From the NCBI RefSeq assembly GCF_008033445.1, contig NZ_VNKO01000011.1, positions 69,002 through 93,001 on the forward strand: a stretch of 24,000 nucleotides of DNA, in the 5' to 3' direction. The stretch is from Vulcaniibacterium gelatinicum. GTDB taxonomy: Bacteria > Pseudomonadota > Gammaproteobacteria > Xanthomonadales > Xanthomonadaceae. The first letter of the stretch is position 1. Each line of letters begins with the position of its first letter. This document shows, in pieces, positions 15,402 to 23,288 of this stretch. Below the pieces are notes generated by a model, which was given only the letters and a program-made list of their open reading frames with translations, did no database searches and had not been told where the DNA came from. The position numbers and the translations under genes were made by a program.

Positions 15402-15590
15402 ATGACCGCCCCCCGCACCCGCGACCCCCGCCCGGCGCTGCGTCTCCCGACGCCCGCCCCGGCGGCCCCCGCCATGCGCACCTACCCCGAGCGCGACTTC
15501 GGCGTCGGCTACGGCCGCAGCAGCGGCTATGCCAGCGAGCGCCGTTATGCCGACGGCCGCGGCGGCCCGAGCTACTTCCGCTGCCGCTGA
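15402..15590 (+). CDS. Hypothetical small protein (62 aa; Pro/Arg-rich N-terminus, Gly/Tyr/Ser/Arg-rich C-terminus)
   Basis: ATG at 15402 has CGAGG ~8 nt upstream. GC3 is very high throughout. Product: MTAPRTRDPRPALRLPTPAPAAPAMRTYPERDFGVGYGRSSGYASERRYADGRGGPSYFRCR. An internal ATG would give a 38-aa product. I recognise no family. Confidence 0.4.
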   Translation: MTAPRTRDPRPALRLPTPAPAAPAMRTYPERDFGVGYGRSSGYASERRYADGRGGPSYFRCR

Positions 15591-15611
15591 GGCGGCCCGT
15601 CGGGGCACCGC

Positions 15612-15869
15612 TCAAGGTACGTATTCGGCCGGCATCGCCTCGAACCGGCGCGGATAGTCGCGTTCCTCGCTGATCCGGCGCACCTCGGCGTCGGCCAGCG
15701 CCGGCGCCGCGTACACGGCATAGACGATCTCGTCCTCGCGCCAGCCGATGTGGTGCAGCGTGTAGCGCGGCTGGCCGCTGCCGGTGTCGGGGGGATAGTG
15801 GGCCGGCGGCGGCCCCTCCAGATCGAGTTCGCTGTTGTCCACCGGGCCGCCGACGAAAAGGGCTCGCAT
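15612..15869 (-). CDS. Hypothetical protein (85 aa) downstream of the chitinase gene
   Basis: ATG (revcomp 15867-15869) has AGGAG 9 nt upstream and GC3 is high. Product: MRALFVGGPVDNSELDLEGPPPAHYPPDTGSGQPRYTLHHIGWREDEIVYAVYAAP... I recognise no family. Confidence 0.5.
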   Translation of the reverse strand: MRALFVGGPVDNSELDLEGPPPAHYPPDTGSGQPRYTLHHIGWREDEIVYAVYAAPALADAEVRRISEERDYPRRFEAMPAEYVP

Positions 15870-15887
15870 GGCTCGCGCTCCTGGGTG

Positions 15888-15917
15888 ACGTGTCCGCCAG
15901 CGTGCCAGCGGACACGT
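15888..15917 (-). other. 10-bp perfect inverted repeat / RNA hairpin between chitinase and the 85-aa ORF
   Basis: ACGTGTCCGC-(10 nt)-GCGGACACGT. No U-tract follows on either strand, so this is not a canonical intrinsic terminator. Confidence 0.5.
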
Positions 15918-15951
15918 TTGCACAGGGTCAAGACCGGCGCGAATGCACGAT

Positions 15952-17859
15952 TCAGCGCAGCCCGGCGTGCATCGCCGCCACCAGCCCGCCTTGCGCGTCG
16001 TCGCCGCTGAAGTCCCACAGGAACGCCCCGCCCAGGCCCTGCACGCGCGCGTAGGCCATCTTGTCGGCGATCGTGACCGGATCGTCGAAGCTCCAGAACG
16101 TGCGCCCGTCGTAGATCCAGCGCGCCTTGGAGTCCGGCTCGGCGTACACCGGCCAGGCCAGCGTGCGCAGCCGGCGGTAGCTCTCGATGCCCTCGCCCAG
16201 GCTGCCCGCGGCGGCACTGCCGCCCTGGTACAGGCCGTTGTTGGCGCTGCCCACGCCGGTCCAGCCGCGGCCGTAGGAGGCGATGCCCAGGTGCAGCTTG
16301 GAGGCCGGCACGCCGCGGTCGAGGAAGGCCTGGATCGCGTCGTGCGTGTTGTAGTAGCGTGCATCGCCCGTGGCCGGATCGCCCGGATCGTTGAACAGCG
16401 CCGAATGGAAGTTGGTGCGCGGCTCCCACGCACCGTGGAAGTCGTAGGTCATCACGTTGATGAAATCCACCGACGGGTGGTACTGGTCGGGACGGGTGAC
16501 GCGGATCTTGTCCACGCCCGCGCCCACCGCCACGCTCAGCAGCAGGCCCGGCCGCACCGCGTCGAGCTGGCGGCGGAATTCGGCCAGCAGGCCGGTGAAG
16601 TTGTCGGTGTCCTCGCTGCCGCCGCAGGTCAGGCCGCACGCGGCCGGGTACTCCCAGTCGATGTCGAAGCCGTCGAACACGCCGGCCGCCGCGCCGGGGC
16701 CGCCGGCGTTGTCGAACAGGGGCAGGTTGCCGCGGATGTAGGCGTCGATGCACGAGGCCACGAACGCGGCCCGGTGCTCCGGCCGCGCCGCGCTGGCGAA
16801 GCCGCGCGACCAGGTCCAGCCGCCGAGCGAGATCAGCACCTTCAGGTTCGGGTACTTCTGCTTGAGCTTGCGCAGCTGGTTCCAGTGCCCGCGCAGCGGC
16901 TGGTTCCACAGGTCGGCCACGCCGTCCACGCTCTCGGCCGCGGTGTAGGTGCGCGAGTAGTCGGCGTAGGCGTCGCCGCCCTCGCCGGTGGCCGGGTCGG
17001 TGGCCTTGAGCACGCCGACCTCGCAGCGGTTGTCGCGCACGTTGCCGAAGGCGTAGATCAGGTGGGTCAGGCGCGCGGCGGTGCCGCTGGTGTCGAGCAT
17101 GCGCACCGTGTAGCCGGAGTTGTAGATGCCCCACTGGGTGAAGTAACCCACCACCCGCGCCGGCGCGGCGCCGTCGGCGGGCGTGGTGGCGGCGATCAGT
17201 GCGGCGCTCTGCGCGGAGGCGTTGCCGGCCGCGTCGCGGGCGCGCACGGTGTAGCCGTAGCCGGTGTCGGCGGCCAGGCCGCTGTCGGTGTAGCCGGTGC
17301 CGGCGGTGCTGCCGACCAGCACGCCGTTGCGGAACACGTCGTAACCGGCCACGCCGCTGCCGCCGGCGTTGTCGGTGGCGGCCTGCCAGGCGAGGGTGAT
17401 GCTGGCGCTGGTGCGGCCGGCCACGCTCAGGCCGGTGGGCACGCTCGGCGCCACGGTGTCGGCCGTCGGCTGCACGGTGATGGTGACGCTGGCCGAGGTG
17501 GTGCGCGCCTTGCGGTCGTCCTGCGCCACCGCCTTGAGCACGTGCGTGCCGGCCGGCGCGTTGCTCCAGGCGAACGCATACGGCGCGGTGCTGTCGCTGC
17601 CGAGCCGGGTGCTGCCGGCATAGAACTCGACCCGGGCGATGCTGCCGTCGGGATCGCCGGCCTCGGCGGTGAGGGTGATCGCCACCCCCTGCGGGATGCT
17701 GGCGCCGTCGCCGGGCGCGGTCAGGCGCACGCTCGGCGGCGCGTTGGCGGTGCGGGCGGCATGCGCGGTCAGCGCCAGCAGGGCAAGGATGGCAAGGAGA
17801 ACCAGGGCGCGGCGCAGCACGCGCGCGCGCAGACGGGGGAACAGGGAAGTGGTCGGCAC
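15952..17859 (-). CDS. Secreted GH18 chitinase with N-terminal Ig-like and fibronectin type III domains
   Basis: Catalytic motif FDGFDIDWEYP (DxxDxDxE) plus LISLGGW, MTYDFHG and GAFLWDFSGD. The FN3-like segment is APSVPTGLSVAGRTSASITLAWQAATDNAGGSGVAGYDVFRNG. The Ig-like segment is PSVRLTAPGDGASIP...ARVEFYAGSTRLG. The signal peptide ends ...RRALVLLAILALLALTAHA. There is no in-frame ATG before the signal peptide, so the start is uncertain: GTG 17857-17859 or GTG 17818-17820 (MLRRALVLL...). Neither has a clear SD. Confidence 0.9.
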   Translation of the reverse strand: MPTTSLFPRLRARVLRRALVLLAILALLALTAHAARTANAPPSVRLTAPGDGASIPQGVAITLTAEAGDPDGSIARVEFYAGSTRLGSDSTAPYAFAWSNAPAGTHVLKAVAQDDRKARTTSASVTITVQPTADTVAPSVPTGLSVAGRTSASITLAWQAATDNAGGSGVAGYDVFRNGVLVGSTAGTGYTDSGLAADTGYGYTVRARDAAGNASAQSAALIAATTPADGAAPARVVGYFTQWGIYNSGYTVRMLDTSGTAARLTHLIYAFGNVRDNRCEVGVLKATDPATGEGGDAYADYSRTYTAAESVDGVADLWNQPLRGHWNQLRKLKQKYPNLKVLISLGGWTWSRGFASAARPEHRAAFVASCIDAYIRGNLPLFDNAGGPGAAAGVFDGFDIDWEYPAACGLTCGGSEDTDNFTGLLAEFRRQLDAVRPGLLLSVAVGAGVDKIRVTRPDQYHPSVDFINVMTYDFHGAWEPRTNFHSALFNDPGDPATGDARYYNTHDAIQAFLDRGVPASKLHLGIASYGRGWTGVGSANNGLYQGGSAAAGSLGEGIESYRRLRTLAWPVYAEPDSKARWIYDGRTFWSFDDPVTIADKMAYARVQGLGGAFLWDFSGDDAQGGLVAAMHAGLR

Positions 17860-17868
17860 GGCAGGATC

Positions 17869-17888
17869 TGGACAGGGGTGGACAGGGG
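17869..17888. repeat. Tandem 10-bp direct repeat immediately upstream of the chitinase start
   Basis: TGGACAGGGG TGGACAGGGG on the plus strand, which is CCCCTGTCCA x2 in the gene orientation. It ends 9 nt before the GTG at 17859. Confidence 0.6.
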
Positions 17889-18042
17889 CCCGGGGGAAGG
17901 CACCAGCGACGGGCCGCGGGGGCGGGCACCGTGCGCCATCCGTGGACGGCTGGCCGGGGGCAGTCTCGGCAGCCCGCACCGGGCGGGTTGCCGAGCGCGT
18001 CACAGATCGAGCGTGGATCGGAAAAACCGCGGACGAGTGGTG

Positions 18043-18054
18043 TGACCGCGGTCA
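18043..18054. promoter_or_regulatory. Perfect 12-bp palindrome in the chitinase upstream region (candidate regulator site)
   Basis: TGACCGCGGTCA is its own reverse complement. It lies ~185 bp upstream of the chitinase start and 75 bp downstream of the stop of the neighbouring membrane-protein gene. Confidence 0.3.
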
Positions 18055-18129
18055 AGGAACGCGCCGTGGGGCGGCGCAGGCCGGGCCCGGCGGCAGCCGT
18101 GTGCTGCCGCGGGGCCGGCCGTGGCGGGG

Positions 18130-18456
18130 TCAGCCGAGGCGGCGCGAGAGCGCGTAGAAGGCCAGGTTGCCCAGGCCGGTGGCGCCGAGCAGCACCGCGA
18201 TCACGCCGGGGGTGACGTCGGTCCAGCCGGCGGCCTCGACCAGGCCGAAACCGACCGCGAGCGCGGTCAGGGTGATGCCCCAGCGCAGGGAGCCCTGGCG
18301 CTGGCGCTGCTCCTCGCCCTGCAGCATCGCCCGGATCAGGTCCTCGGCGCCCTGCGAGGCGAGCATCTGCTTGCGCACACGGGCGTCCACCACGGCCTTG
18401 ATCGCATAGGCGATGCAGATGAAGAGGGTGATCGGGATCAGGATTTCGAAGTTCAT
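18130..18456 (-). CDS. Small membrane protein (108 aa, ~3 TM), divergent from an ECF sigma gene
   Basis: ATG (revcomp 18454-18456) has GAGG 7 nt upstream. Product: MNFEILIPITLFICIAYAIKAVVDARV...LRWGITLTALAVGFGLVEAAGW...GVIAVLLGATGLGNLAFYALSRRLG. It possibly belongs to a DUF family found next to ECF sigma genes, but I am not sure of this. Confidence 0.65.
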   Translation of the reverse strand: MNFEILIPITLFICIAYAIKAVVDARVRKQMLASQGAEDLIRAMLQGEEQRQRQGSLRWGITLTALAVGFGLVEAAGWTDVTPGVIAVLLGATGLGNLAFYALSRRLG

Positions 18457-18556
18457 GGCGGCCTCGCGGAAGGGAAGTGGCGGGTTCGAGGCAGGGGATA
18501 CGGCGGACGCGCCGGCGGTTGCAGCGGGATGCGCCGTCCGTCCGCGCGGGACGGCC

Positions 18557-18583
18557 TGCAACCGCGGCCGCACTGGCCGTATC
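18557..18583 (+). promoter_or_regulatory. Candidate ECF-type (AAC ... CGT) autoregulated promoter
   Basis: TGCAACC-(15 nt)-CGTATC lies 10-25 nt upstream of the two possible sigma start codons. The spacer is 1-2 nt shorter than the usual ECF spacing, so this call is weak. Confidence 0.2.
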
Positions 18584-18608
18584 CCGGGTCGGCATGCAGG
18601 ATGTCCCC

Positions 18609-19175
18609 ATGTCCGACGACCGCGCCCTGGCGGAGGCGGTGCTGGCGAACGCGCCGGGCGCGTTCGAGCGCCTGGTGGCCGCCTACCAGGGGCTGGTCTG
18701 GCACGTGATCCAGCGCATGGTCCGCCACCCCGAGGACACCCGCGAGCTGTGCCAGGAGGCCTTCCTGCGCGTGCACCAGTGCCTGCACCAGTACCGCGCC
18801 GAGGCGCCGCTGAAGGGGTGGGTCGCGCAGGTCGCCTACTCGGTCGCCAAGCGCCACCTGGAGAAGAAGCGCATCCCGCTCGCCGAGGCGGCCGACGGGG
18901 AGGCGCACGCGGCGTTGCTGGAGCACGTCGGCGACGGCGCCGACCTCGAGCGCGACCATGCCGAGGCCGAGCTCGACCGGCTGCTGCACGCCGAGGTCGA
19001 GCGCCTGCCGCCGCTGCAGCGCACGATCCTGACCCTGTACCACCTCGACGAAGTGCCGATCGCGGAGATCGCCGCGATCACCGGCCTGGCCGAGGGCACC
19101 ATCAAGAGCCATCTGTTCCGCAGCCGGCTGCGCCTGAAGCAGGCGCTGGAGGCGCGGATGGGAGTCGCCGCATGA
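18609..19175 (+). CDS. ECF-family RNA polymerase sigma factor (188 aa)
   Basis: Sigma-2 region (FERLVAAYQGLVWHVIQRMVRHPEDTRELCQEAFLRVHQCLHQY...LKGWVAQVAYSVAKRHL) and sigma-4 region (LPPLQRTILTLYHLDEVPIAEIAAITGLAEGTIKSHLFRSRLRLKQAL). ATG 18609 has AGGA 8 nt upstream. An alternative ATG at 18594 adds 5 aa. Confidence 0.88.
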   Translation: MSDDRALAEAVLANAPGAFERLVAAYQGLVWHVIQRMVRHPEDTRELCQEAFLRVHQCLHQYRAEAPLKGWVAQVAYSVAKRHLEKKRIPLAEAADGEAHAALLEHVGDGADLERDHAEAELDRLLHAEVERLPPLQRTILTLYHLDEVPIAEIAAITGLAEGTIKSHLFRSRLRLKQALEARMGVAA

Positions 19176-19606
19176 ACCCGCACGACGAACATTTCGACGA
19201 ACGCGAGTGGCAGGCGCAGGAACGCGCGCTGCACGAGGAGCGGCTGCACCTGGCCCAGGGCGATCCGCGCGCGGCGTCCTACCGCCGCGTGGTGCGCGCG
19301 CTGCGCGCGCCGCTGCCGGCGGAGCTGCCGGCCGACTTCGCCCGCCGGCTGGCGCGGCAGGTGGGCGCCGCCGCGCTCGACCTGCGCCTGGAGCAGCGGC
19401 TGCAGCAGGGCCTGGTGCTGGTGCTGCTGCTGGCGATCCCGGTGGCGCTGGCGCTGTACGGCGGGCGCATGCTGGCCGCGTTCGCCGCGGCGTTCCCCGC
19501 GCTGTCCTCGCACGACGCGCTGGGCTGGACGCTGGTGCTGGCCGCCTGCGTCGGCCTGTCGTCCATGGTCGAGCTGCTGCGCGGGCGGTGGCGCGCGGCC
19601 GGCTAG
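19172..19606 (+). CDS. Putative membrane anti-sigma factor (144 aa, 2 TM)
   Basis: The start ATG overlaps the sigma-factor stop (ATGA at 19172-19175). A charged cytoplasmic N-terminus (MNPHDEHFDEREWQAQERALHEERL...) is followed by two hydrophobic helices. There is no HxxxCxxC zinc motif. The function is inferred from position only. Confidence 0.6.
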   Translation: MNPHDEHFDEREWQAQERALHEERLHLAQGDPRAASYRRVVRALRAPLPAELPADFARRLARQVGAAALDLRLEQRLQQGLVLVLLLAIPVALALYGGRMLAAFAAAFPALSSHDALGWTLVLAACVGLSSMVELLRGRWRAAG

Positions 19607-19664
19607 CGGGGGCGGGCCAGGCGGGCGGGCTAGAATCCGCGCCCCCTTCCGCCCGCTGCAGGCC

Positions 19665-20717
19665 GTGACCGCCACCGACGATCCCGCGCTGCACGCGCTG
19701 CTGCGCCCCTTCCACGACGGCCTGCTGGATTGGCCGGCGGAGGGGGCGCTGTTCCTGGGCGCGCGTGCCGGGACCGCATTGCAGGCGCGGCCGTGGCCGG
19801 GGCTGGTCTGGCGCCAGCCGGTCAAGCCGCTGGCCGACGCGCTGCAGCGCGCGGGCCATGCCGCGGCCGGGGACGAGGCCACGCGCCGCTGGCCGCTGGT
19901 GCTGGTGCTGCCGCCGCGCCAGCGCGAGCAGGCGCGTGCGCTGTTCGCGCAGGCGCTGGCCGCGCTCGCGCCGGGCGGGCGCGTGCTCGCCGCGGCGCCG
20001 AATGCCGCCGGCGCGAAGAGCGCGGAGGCCGACCTCGCCCGCCTCGCCGGGCCGCTGGGCACGCTCTCCAAGCACCACTGCCGCGTGTTCTGGACCGCGC
20101 CGCTGGCCGCGCCGCCCGACCCGCGGCTCGCGGCCGAGTGGGCCGCGCTCGACGCCCCGCGCCGGATCGCCGATCCGCGCGCCCACGGCGGCGGATTCGT
20201 CAGCCGCCCGGGCGTGTTCGCCTGGGATCGGGTGGATGCGGCCTCGGCCCTGCTCGTCGCGCACCTGCCGGCCGAACTCGCCGGGCGCGGCGCCGACCTC
20301 GGTGCCGGCTGGGGCTACCTCGCCACCCAGGTGCTGGCGCGGTACCCGCGCGTGACCGCGTTCGACCTGTACGAGGCCGACGCCCGCGCGCTCGCCTGCG
20401 CACGCGAGAACCTGGTGCCGTTCGCCACGCGCGTGACGCTCGGCTTCCACTGGCACGACGTCGCCGGCGGCGTGCCTGGCGGCTACGACTTCGTGGTCTG
20501 CAACCCGCCGTTCCACGGCGAGGGCCCCGACGCGCGCCCCGAGCTCGGCCGCGCCTTCCTGCGCGCCGCCGCCGCCGCGCTGCGCCCGGGCGGGCGCCTG
20601 TTCCTGGTCGCCAACCGCCAGCTGCCCTACGAGCGCACCCTCGCCGAGGGCTTTGCCGACGTGCGCACGCTGGCGCAGGCAGGCGGCTACAAGGTCTGCA
20701 CGGCGGTGGCGCGATGA
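19665..20717 (+). CDS. Class I SAM-dependent rRNA (guanine-N2) methyltransferase, RsmC/RlmG-like (350 aa)
   Basis: Two-lobed architecture. The C-terminal catalytic lobe has the SAM-binding motif ADLGAGWGYL and the N2-guanine methyltransferase motif VCNPPFH. The GTG start at 19665 is taken from the ORF track. The stop overlaps the rsuA start. Confidence 0.75.
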   Translation: MTATDDPALHALLRPFHDGLLDWPAEGALFLGARAGTALQARPWPGLVWRQPVKPLADALQRAGHAAAGDEATRRWPLVLVLPPRQREQARALFAQALAALAPGGRVLAAAPNAAGAKSAEADLARLAGPLGTLSKHHCRVFWTAPLAAPPDPRLAAEWAALDAPRRIADPRAHGGGFVSRPGVFAWDRVDAASALLVAHLPAELAGRGADLGAGWGYLATQVLARYPRVTAFDLYEADARALACARENLVPFATRVTLGFHWHDVAGGVPGGYDFVVCNPPFHGEGPDARPELGRAFLRAAAAALRPGGRLFLVANRQLPYERTLAEGFADVRTLAQAGGYKVCTAVAR

Positions 20718-21460
20718 AGCTGCTCCGGCTGATCGCCAACCTCGGCTACGGCAGCCGCAAGGACGTGCAGCGCATGTTCCGCGACGGCCGCATCACCGAC
20801 CCGCGCGGCGTGCCGCTGGACGCCGACGCCACCGTGCCGCACGCCAAAATCCGCCTCGACGGCGAACCGCTCGATCCGCCGCCGGGCTTCACTTTGATGC
20901 TGCACAAGCCGGTCGGCGTGACCTGCTCGACCCACGACGTCGGCCGCCTGGTGTACGACCTGCTGCCGCCGCGCTTCCGCCTGCGCCGGCCGGTGCTCTC
21001 CAGCGTCGGCCGGCTCGACCGCGACACCAGCGGCCTGCTGCTGATGACCGACGACGGCGCGCTGCTGCACCGGATCATCGCGCCGAAGTCGCACCTGCCC
21101 AAGGTGTACGAGGCCACGCTCGCGCAGGACCTGCGCGGCGACGAGGCCGCACTGTTCGCCGCCGGCACGCTGCGGCTCGAGGGCGAGGCCACGCCGCTCG
21201 CGCCCGCGCATCTGGAAGTGCTGGACGCGCGCCGCGTCCGGCTCACGCTCACCGAGGGCCGCTACCACCAGGTGCGGCGCATGTTCGCCGCCACCGGCAA
21301 CCGCGTGACGACGCTGCACCGCAGCCGCATCGGCGGACTGGCGCTCGGCGACCTGCCCGAGGGACGCTGGCGCGCGCTGGACGCGGACGACCTGGCGCGG
21401 CTGTGGGGCTTGGAGCGCGGGGACGACGGCACTGGCGGCCCCCCCATGCCCGCTTGCTAG
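20714..21460 (+). CDS. rsuA: 16S rRNA pseudouridine synthase (RsuA family, 248 aa)
   Basis: S4-like N-terminus (MKLLRLIANLGYGSRKDVQRMFRDGRI), catalytic GRLDRDTSGLLLMTDDG, and TLTEGRYHQVRRMFAATGNRVTTLHRSRIGGLAL. This last segment is nearly identical in pattern to E. coli RsuA. ATGA overlap with the upstream methyltransferase. Confidence 0.85.
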   Translation: MKLLRLIANLGYGSRKDVQRMFRDGRITDPRGVPLDADATVPHAKIRLDGEPLDPPPGFTLMLHKPVGVTCSTHDVGRLVYDLLPPRFRLRRPVLSSVGRLDRDTSGLLLMTDDGALLHRIIAPKSHLPKVYEATLAQDLRGDEAALFAAGTLRLEGEATPLAPAHLEVLDARRVRLTLTEGRYHQVRRMFAATGNRVTTLHRSRIGGLALGDLPEGRWRALDADDLARLWGLERGDDGTGGPPMPAC

Positions 21461-21469
21461 GCTGGGCGC

Positions 21470-22369
21470 ATGCCCCGCGCCCTCGCCGCCAACGGCGCGA
21501 CGCATCGCGCGCGCGCCGTGTTCATGATGCTCGCCGCCGTCGGCCTGTTCTCGCTGATGGACGCCGGGCTCAAGCTGCTGTCCGCGCACTATCCGCCGTT
21601 CCAGGTCAGCGCCCTGCGCGGCGCGGCCTCGCTGCCGTTCGTGCTGCTGTGGGTGGTGGCGCGCGGCGCGCACCGTTCGTTGCTGCGCGTGCGCTGGCCG
21701 CTGCACCTGCTGCGCGGCGCGCTCGGGGTGATGATGATGGCCGCGTTCGTGTACGGCGTGCGCCGGCTGCCGCTGTCCACCACCTACACCCTGTTCTTCG
21801 TTGCGCCGCTGCTGATCACCGCGCTGTCGGTGCCGGTGCTGGGGGAGAAGGTCGGGCCGCGGCGCTGGACCGCGATCGCGATCGGCCTGCTCGGCGTGCT
21901 GGTGGTGCTGCGCCCGACCGGCGAGGGGCTGGCGAGCCTGGCCGGGCTGGCGGTCCTGCTGGCCGCGTTCGGCTACGCGGTCTCGGCGATCACCGTGCGC
22001 GTGCTCGCGCGCACCGATTCGAACGCGGCGATGGTGGTGTGGCTGCTGGCCCTGCTCGCGCTCGGCTCGCTGGCGCTGGCGTGGCCGGCGTGGGTGCCGC
22101 TGCGCGCCGAGCACGCCTGGCTGATCGCCGGCGTCGGCCTGGCCGGCGCGCTCGGCCAGTATGCGATCACCGAGGCGTTCCGCGTCGGCGAGGCCTCCCT
22201 GGTCGCACCGCTCGAGTACACCGCGCTGCTGTGGGGCGTGGGCCTGGATCTGGCGCTGTGGGGCGTGCTGCCCGACCCGATCACCTGGCTCGGCGCCGCG
22301 ATCATCGTCGCCAGCGGCCTGTACCTGCTGCAGCGCGAGCGCACGCACCTGGAGGCCGAACACCCCTGA
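21470..22369 (+). CDS. DMT-superfamily (EamA-like) transporter (299 aa, ~10 TM)
   Basis: Two EamA-type repeats of 5 hydrophobic helices are visible (...[20 protein letters not shown]...; ...[22 protein letters not shown]...). Confidence 0.85.
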   Translation: MPRALAANGATHRARAVFMMLAAVGLFSLMDAGLKLLSAHYPPFQVSALRGAASLPFVLLWVVARGAHRSLLRVRWPLHLLRGALGVMMMAAFVYGVRRLPLSTTYTLFFVAPLLITALSVPVLGEKVGPRRWTAIAIGLLGVLVVLRPTGEGLASLAGLAVLLAAFGYAVSAITVRVLARTDSNAAMVVWLLALLALGSLALAWPAWVPLRAEHAWLIAGVGLAGALGQYAITEAFRVGEASLVAPLEYTALLWGVGLDLALWGVLPDPITWLGAAIIVASGLYLLQRERTHLEAEHP

Positions 22370-22460
22370 GGCGGGGGCGTGCCGCGTCGTGTCCGTTCCG
22401 CCGGCGTTCCATCGTTATCGCCGGGTGCGCGTTTCGCGCATGTCCAGGGGAGAAACGAAC

Positions 22461-23288
22461 ATGAAGCACGGAATGATGTTCGGCGCCGGCGGGCTGGCGC
22501 TGGCGCTCGCGGCCGCGTTTGCCTATGCCCAGCGGGGTCACGGTCTGCCGGATGGTGAAGTGGCCGGGTCGGATCTGCTGCCCGCGCCATCGCAGCGGGC
22601 GCTGTCGCGGCACAAGCCGGTGGCGCCGGCGGCGGCCGGGGTGACCGTGGAGGACGTCGGCGACGTGGATTCGTTCGGCCGCAACCTGCGCTGGCTGGGC
22701 GTCACCCAGATGAACGTGCGCCTGACCGATGACTGCTCGGCCACGCCCCCGGCACCCGGGGCCGCCTGCACCGAACTGCTGCCGGCACCGGCGCTCACCA
22801 GCTTCAACCACCAGGACGTGGCGTCCATCACCCTGCCGCCGAAGGCGACCCATTCGCTGCTGTGCTACTGGCTCTCGCCGTTCCTGACGGTGCGCTACGA
22901 CAATCCGACTGCCGCGCCGGTGGTCGCGCGCCTGACCCTGTCGCCGACGCTGACCGTCGAGAATTCCGTGCTCGACGACCCGGCGCTGATAGACCCCACC
23001 ACCGGCCTGCCGTTCGGCGGCCGCCTGCGCACCGGCATGACCTCCTCGGAGATGTTCGAGGTGCCGCTCGCACCGGGCGTGGCGTTCACCGAACGCACCC
23101 GCGACTCGGCGGTGTGCATCGCCGGGTTCCTCAACCGGCGCACGCTGGTGGACACCTTCGGCCTGACCGACGCGCAGGCCACCGAGTTCTTCAAGCGCCG
23201 GACCACCGTGCGCATGAACCTCACGGGCAGCGCACGTTACGTCGCCGACGCGAACCTGATCTTCGGCTTCCGCATCATCGGCGACTGA
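22461..23288 (+). CDS. Secreted protein of unknown function (275 aa)
   Basis: GGGGAGAA lies 6 nt upstream of ATG 22461. Sec signal peptide MKHGMMFGAGGLALALAAAFAYAQ. The mature part has 4 Cys and is predicted to be beta-rich. I recognise no family. Confidence 0.7.
   Translation: MKHGMMFGAGGLALALAAAFAYAQRGHGLPDGEVAGSDLLPAPSQRALSRHKPVAPAAAGVTVEDVGDVDSFGRNLRWLGVTQMNVRLTDDCSATPPAPGAACTELLPAPALTSFNHQDVASITLPPKATHSLLCYWLSPFLTVRYDNPTAAPVVARLTLSPTLTVENSVLDDPALIDPTTGLPFGGRLRTGMTSSEMFEVPLAPGVAFTERTRDSAVCIAGFLNRRTLVDTFGLTDAQATEFFKRRTTVRMNLTGSARYVADANLIFGFRIIGD

Noticed and set aside
15898-15915. TGGCAC motif (minus strand) suggesting a sigma54 -24 element upstream of the 85-aa ORF.
   Set aside because: The required GC of the -12 element is not at the GG-N10-GC spacing (GA is found there instead). 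The motif is simply the loop of the 10-bp hairpin.
17860-18003. 48-codon extension upstream of the chitinase signal peptide (ORF track start at 18003, which is actually a GTG).
   Set aside because: It would bury the signal peptide internally, and the segment is Pro/Ala/Arg-rich with no coding-like features. An internal GTG start just before the signal peptide is more plausible.
15572-20516. Very long minus-strand ORFs (1012 aa at 15572-18610; 687 aa at 18453-20516), and similar ones at 10932-12635 (+), 20687-22363 (-) and 22302-23759 (-).
   Set aside because: All are Arg/Pro/Ala/Gly-rich, overlap well-supported genes in other frames or on the other strand, and lack any domain signature. They are high-GC artefacts.
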